NCBI GenBank assembly: GCA_035707385.1
Contig: DASSUD010000322.1
Location: forward strand, 1-42,254
DNA: 42,254 nt
DNA from: Acidimicrobiales bacterium
Lineage (GTDB): Bacteria; Actinomycetota; Acidimicrobiia; Acidimicrobiales; VFJN01
Direction of reading: 5' to 3'
Shown: piece by piece, positions 38,624-42,254 of the stretch
Position numbering within the stretch: position 1 is the stretch's first letter
Layout of the letters: each line of letters begins with the position of its first letter
Translations under genes and position numbers: made by a program
Notes under the pieces: model-generated
The model's input: only the letters and a program-made list of their open reading frames with translations
What the model was told of the DNA's origin: nothing
The model's database searches: none

Positions 38624-39418
38624 ATGTCGACCATCACCGGTCGCACCGCTCTCGTCACGGGCGGGGGCAGCGGCATCGGGCTCGGCACGGCCACTCGGCT
38701 GGCGTCCGACGGCGCCCACGTCGCCATCTGCGGCCGCACCGGGGACAAGCTGGCCCGGGCGGTCGACGCCATCGGTCCCCGGGTGGGGGAGGGCGGCTCG
38801 ATCCGCCACGTCGTCGCCGACGTCACCGTCGAGGACCAGGTGGCGGCGGCCGTGGCCTTCGCCGCCGAACCCACCGGCGGGCTGGACATCCTGTTCGCCA
38901 ACGCCGGTGGCTCGCACCACGTGGGCGCCTTCGAGGGCGCGGACGCCGACGCGGTCCGGGCCACCGTCGACCTCAACCTGGTCGGCACCATGCTGTGCAT
39001 CAAGCACGCGGTCCCGGCGATGAAGGCGGCGGGAGGCGGGTCGATCATCGGCATGTCGTCGGGCGCCGGCCACTTCCCCCACCGCTGGCTGTGGGCCTAC
39101 GGGGCGGCCAAGGCCGGCATCGACATGGTGTGCCGGAGCGCGGCGGAGGAGCTGGGCGCGGCGGGCATCCGGGTCAACAGCGTGCAGCCGGGCATCGTCG
39201 ACGACGAGCTGATGTCGCTCATCACCGCCGGCGGGCCGCTGCTCGACGACTACATCGCCGGGATGCCGCTCGGCCGGGTCGGGACGGTCGAGGACATCGC
39301 CGAGGCCGTCCGGTTCCTGGCGGGGCCCGAGTCGTCGTGGATCACCGGCGTCAACCTGCCCATCGACGGCGGGCATCACCTGCGGGGTGGCGCGGACTAC
39401 TCGTTGCTTTTCGGCTAG
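38624..39418 (+). CDS. Short-chain dehydrogenase/reductase
   Basis: In frame within track ORF 38009..39418; ATG 38624 lies 3 nt after the P450 stop. Motifs: TALVTGGGSGIGLG, NAGG, YGAAKAG (Y-x3-K). Confidence 0.9.
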   Translation: MSTITGRTALVTGGGSGIGLGTATRLASDGAHVAICGRTGDKLARAVDAIGPRVGEGGSIRHVVADVTVEDQVAAAVAFAAEPTGGLDILFANAGGSHHVGAFEGADADAVRATVDLNLVGTMLCIKHAVPAMKAAGGGSIIGMSSGAGHFPHRWLWAYGAAKAGIDMVCRSAAEELGAAGIRVNSVQPGIVDDELMSLITAGGPLLDDYIAGMPLGRVGTVEDIAEAVRFLAGPESSWITGVNLPIDGGHHLRGGADYSLLFG

Positions 39419-39428
39419 CGGGGTGGAG

Positions 39429-40168
39429 ATGGGGACCCTCCCCGGCCAGGCGCGCCGGATCGTCGACCGCTACGTGCGCCACCTGGACCGGCGGCTGCCG
39501 GGCCGCGTGCTCGGCCTCTACGTGGTGGGGTCGACGGCCCTCGGGGCCTACCGCCCCGGGCGCAGCGACATCGACGTGGTCGGGGTGACCGACGGCCGCT
39601 TCGGGCCCGACGACCTGCGGTGCCTGCGGATGGTCCACGTGGGAGCCGGGGCGGGGTCGGTGGCGCGGGCGCTGGCCCGGGGGCGCCTGGCGATCCCGGG
39701 CACGGTGAACGGGGTGTTCGTGGCGGCCGAGGACGTGGCCCGCCCGGTGACGGCGATCGTGCCGGTGGCGTCGCACGTCGGCCACGAGTTCCACGCGGGC
39801 CAGGGCTTCGACGTCAACCCCGTCGTGTGGAAGACCCTGGCCGAGAGCGGCATCGCCGTGCGGGGCCCCGAGCCCGCCGACCTGGGCCTCGACTCCGAGC
39901 CGGGCAAGCTGCGCGCCTGGAACCTCGCCAACCTCGACCGCTACTGGGCGGGCTGGGCGGCCGGCGTGCTGGCGGCCTCCGGCCGGGCGCGGCGGCGGGC
40001 GGGCTCCCGCTGGGCGGTGTCCTGGGGCACGCTCGGCGCCCCCCGGAGGAGGCCGTCGCCTACCGCCTCGACCACCCGTCGCCGGGGCACCTGCGGGATC
40101 CCGCCACCCGCGCCCGGGAGACGGGCAGGTTCGTCCGGGAGGTCGTGCGCCGGGCGCGCGAGCTCTGA
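39429..40168 (+). pseudogene. Nucleotidyltransferase-domain protein (aminoglycoside-adenylyltransferase-like), apparently disrupted
   Basis: From ATG 39429: LGLYVVGSTALGAYRPGRSDIDVVGV (the NTase G-S...D-x-D motif). After ...AVSWGTLGAPR (about 40040-40050) the sensible continuation EEAVAYRLDH...VVRRAREL* is in another frame, ending at 40168. The span is 740 nt, not a multiple of 3. Confidence 0.5.
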
Positions 40169-40186
40169 CCGTTACCCGCGGCCCGC

Positions 40187-40492
40187 TCACCCGGCCAGGA
40201 AGGCGTGGGCCTCGGCCACCAGGGCGGGGAGGCCGGGACCGCCGGGGACCTGCACCCACTCCCGCATGACCCGCGGGCCCGACGTGAACTCGGCGCCCTC
40301 GCCCGTGTCGACCAGGGCCCGGACCCGGGCCTCGGGCAGCTTGAGGACGATGCCGTCGTCGTTGGCGAAGGCGAAGTATCGCCCGCCCACCTTGAACCCG
40401 GTGGAGCGGAAGATACGGCCCCGCTCGACGCCCGGGTGCTCGCCGGCCAGGTCGTGGCCGATCGCGTCGAGGATCTCGCGGGGGTCCGTCAT
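40187..40492 (-). CDS. Small TfoX-N/YjbR-like protein (family assignment tentative)
   Basis: ORF 40187..40492, 101 aa. The codon usage looks clean, and ...RIFRSTGFKVGGRYFAFANDDGIVLKLPE... resembles the mFGg.g..v.gk.fa.v.dd.l.lKl pattern. Confidence 0.5.
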   Translation of the reverse strand: MTDPREILDAIGHDLAGEHPGVERGRIFRSTGFKVGGRYFAFANDDGIVLKLPEARVRALVDTGEGAEFTSGPRVMREWVQVPGGPGLPALVAEAHAFLAG

Positions 40493-40548
40493 GGTGCCCG
40501 CAGCTTCCCGCCCGGCGACGTCGCCGTCCAGGGCCGGGCAGACTGGCG

Positions 40549-42114
40549 GTGATGCGTGACCGCTACGACGCCGTGATCGTGGGCGGGGGCCACAACGCCC
40601 TGGTGGCCGCGGCCTACCTCGGCCGGGCCGGGCGCTCGGTCTGCGTCCTGGAGCGGGCCGGCCACCTGGGCGGGGCGACGGTGAGCGGGCGGCCCTTCGC
40701 CGGGGTGGACGCCCGCCTGTCCCGCTACTCGTACCTGGTCAGCCTGCTCCCGGACCGCATCGTGGCCGACCTCGGCCTGCGCCTGTCGCTGGCGTCGCGG
40801 CCGGTGGCGTCGTTCACGCCGGTGCGCCGGGACGGCCGGGACGGCGGCCTGCTGGTCGAGCGCGACCCGGGCCCCGCCACCGCGACGTCGTTCCGGGACC
40901 TGACCGGGTCGGACGACGAGTACCGCGCCTGGCGCGCCTTCTACGACGACGCCGCCCGGCTGGCCGCCGCGGTGGCCCCCACGCTGCTGGATCCCCTGCG
41001 GCCGGAGGCGGAGGTGCGGGACCGGGTCGGCGGCCGGGTGTGGGACGACCTCGTGGCCCGGCCCCTGGGCGAGGCGGTCGAGGCCCGGTTCCGGGACGAC
41101 GCCGTGCGGGGCGTGGTCCTGACCGACGCCCTGATCGGCACCTTCGCCTCGGCCCACGACCCGGGCCGGGTCCAGAACCGCTGCTTCCTGTACCACGTGG
41201 TGGGCAACGGGACGGGGGAGTGGCGGGTCCCCGTCGGGGGCATGGGCGCGGTGACCGGCGCGCTGGAGGCGGCCGCCCGGGAGGCGGGCGCGGAGCTGGT
41301 CACGGGGGCCGAGGCCACGGCCGTGGCGGCCGACGGCCGGACCGGGGAGGTGACCTTCCGGCACGGCGACGCCGAGCGGAGCGTGGCCGGCGACTTCGTG
41401 CTCGCCGGCGTGGCCCCCGCCGTCCTCGACCGCCTGCGGGGCCGGCCGGTGGCCGGGCCGGAGGGCGCCCAGATGAAGATCAACATGGTGCTCGACCGCC
41501 TGCCCCGGCTGCGCAGCGGCCACGACCCGGCGGCCGCGTTCGCCGGGACGTTCCACGTCGACGAGGGCTACGCGGCGCTGGAGGCCGCCCACGCCGCCGC
41601 GGCCGAGGGCACCCTGCCCGACCCGCCGCCGGGCGAGGTCTACTGCCACACGCTCACCGACCCGTCCATCCTGGCGCCCGACCTGGCCGCCCGGGGCGTG
41701 CACACCCTGACCCTGTTCGGCCTGCACGCCCCGGCCCGGCTGTTCGCCGGCGAGGACGCCGCCGCGGTGCGGGACGAGGCGGCCCGGCGCCACGTGGCGG
41801 GCCTCGACGCCTATCTGGCCGAGCCGCTGGCGGGATGCCTGGCCCGCGACGCGGACGGCCGCCCGTGCCTCGAAGCGGTCAGCCCGCCGGAGCTGGAGGC
41901 GAGCCTCGGCATGCCGGGCGGCCACATCTTCCACGGCGACCTGGCCTGGCCGTGGGCGGGCGACGACGGCGGCCCCGGCGCCCGCCCGGGGGAGTGGGGC
42001 GTCGAGACCGACGTCGCCAACCTGTTCGTGTGCGGCGCGGGTGCCCGCCGCGGCGGTGGTGTGAGCGGCATCGGCGGCCACAACGCGGCCATGGCCGTGC
42101 TTGCCGCCCGCTGA
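40549..42114 (+). CDS. FAD-dependent oxidoreductase, phytoene-desaturase (CrtI)-like family
   Basis: ORF 40549..42114, 521 aa (GTG 40549 or ATG 40552). The dinucleotide-binding N-terminus is YDAVIVGGGHNALVAAAYLGRAGRSVCVLERAGHLGG. The C-terminus FVCGAGARRGGGVSG is typical of the family. Confidence 0.85.
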   Translation: MMRDRYDAVIVGGGHNALVAAAYLGRAGRSVCVLERAGHLGGATVSGRPFAGVDARLSRYSYLVSLLPDRIVADLGLRLSLASRPVASFTPVRRDGRDGGLLVERDPGPATATSFRDLTGSDDEYRAWRAFYDDAARLAAAVAPTLLDPLRPEAEVRDRVGGRVWDDLVARPLGEAVEARFRDDAVRGVVLTDALIGTFASAHDPGRVQNRCFLYHVVGNGTGEWRVPVGGMGAVTGALEAAAREAGAELVTGAEATAVAADGRTGEVTFRHGDAERSVAGDFVLAGVAPAVLDRLRGRPVAGPEGAQMKINMVLDRLPRLRSGHDPAAAFAGTFHVDEGYAALEAAHAAAAEGTLPDPPPGEVYCHTLTDPSILAPDLAARGVHTLTLFGLHAPARLFAGEDAAAVRDEAARRHVAGLDAYLAEPLAGCLARDADGRPCLEAVSPPELEASLGMPGGHIFHGDLAWPWAGDDGGPGARPGEWGVETDVANLFVCGAGARRGGGVSGIGGHNAAMAVLAAR

Positions 42115-42254
42115 GGGGTCAGGGCCCGGTCAGGACGTACGGCACGTGCCGCGGGGACTCCCGGTCCACCGGCTCCGGGAGGGCCACCGCGCCGGCGCCC
42201 GAGTGCGGGCGTGGCCGCCGCGGGCCGGCGATGCCCGCACTGCCGCCCCGCCCG

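Noticed and set aside
1-42254. Search for tRNA, rRNA, CRISPR arrays and long tandem or interspersed repeats
   Set aside because: Intergenic spaces are short. The largest (8256-8499, 26710-26891, 24802-24947) contain only the short repeats and palindromes reported above. No cloverleaf-like or repeat-spacer structure was seen by eye.
42115-42254. Possible minus-strand ORF entering from the right edge
   Set aside because: Only about 130 nt are visible, and no recognisable motif is present. That is too little sequence to support a call.

Overview
The window is very GC-rich (about three-quarters G+C by eye), gene-dense and actinobacterial in style. I recognised no rRNA, tRNA or CRISPR array. From the left edge to about 35.1 kb it reads as one large specialised-metabolite gene cluster, built from divergent and convergent operons whose genes are often joined by 4-nt GTGA/ATGA stop/start overlaps.

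Cluster content:
- Minus-strand operon (8255 down to <1): FabF-type KS, double-hot-dog MaoC dehydratase, stand-alone adenylating enzyme, carrier protein, divergent TrpD-like protein, TrpA, solitary EctC-type cupin, ACAD-family flavoprotein, TrpF and TrpC (runs off the edge).
- Plus-strand operon (8500-12741): ACP, FabH, FabG, InhA-type FabI and a secreted PQQ-like beta-propeller lipoprotein.
- NRPS operon (20054 down to 12806): TauD/SyrP-like dioxygenase, an A-T didomain (hand-read code is Asn-like) and a C-A-T-E module (hand-read code suggests a cationic Orn/Dab/Dap-like substrate).
- A split SbnB-like / SbnA-like pair, which predicts L-2,3-diaminopropionate supply.
- A GNAT fused to a large uncharacterised domain.
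- A StrR-type ParB-domain regulator, with a StrR-operator-like palindrome (11-bp arms, 11-nt spacer) in the adjacent promoter region, and a decayed IS630-like ORF translationally coupled to it.
- A membrane protein plus a DrrAB-like ABC exporter with two permeases.
- Two large ATPase-type regulators (SARP-NTPase-TPR, and a cyclase-like domain with AAA_16).

No thioesterase, reductase release domain, MbtH, PPTase or FabD is present. The last NRPS protein ends in an epimerisation domain, so the assembly line probably continues beyond the left edge.

The right flank (35.2-42.1 kb) looks ordinary: VOC protein, frameshifted YafY/WYL regulator with an operator palindrome, cytochrome c lipoprotein, MT0933-like small protein, P450, SDR, disrupted nucleotidyltransferase, small TfoX-like protein and a CrtI-like FAD oxidoreductase.

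All family calls come from reading motifs by eye; no database search was run. Many long Arg/Pro/Gly-rich ORFs in the track are off-frame artefacts of high GC and were ignored.
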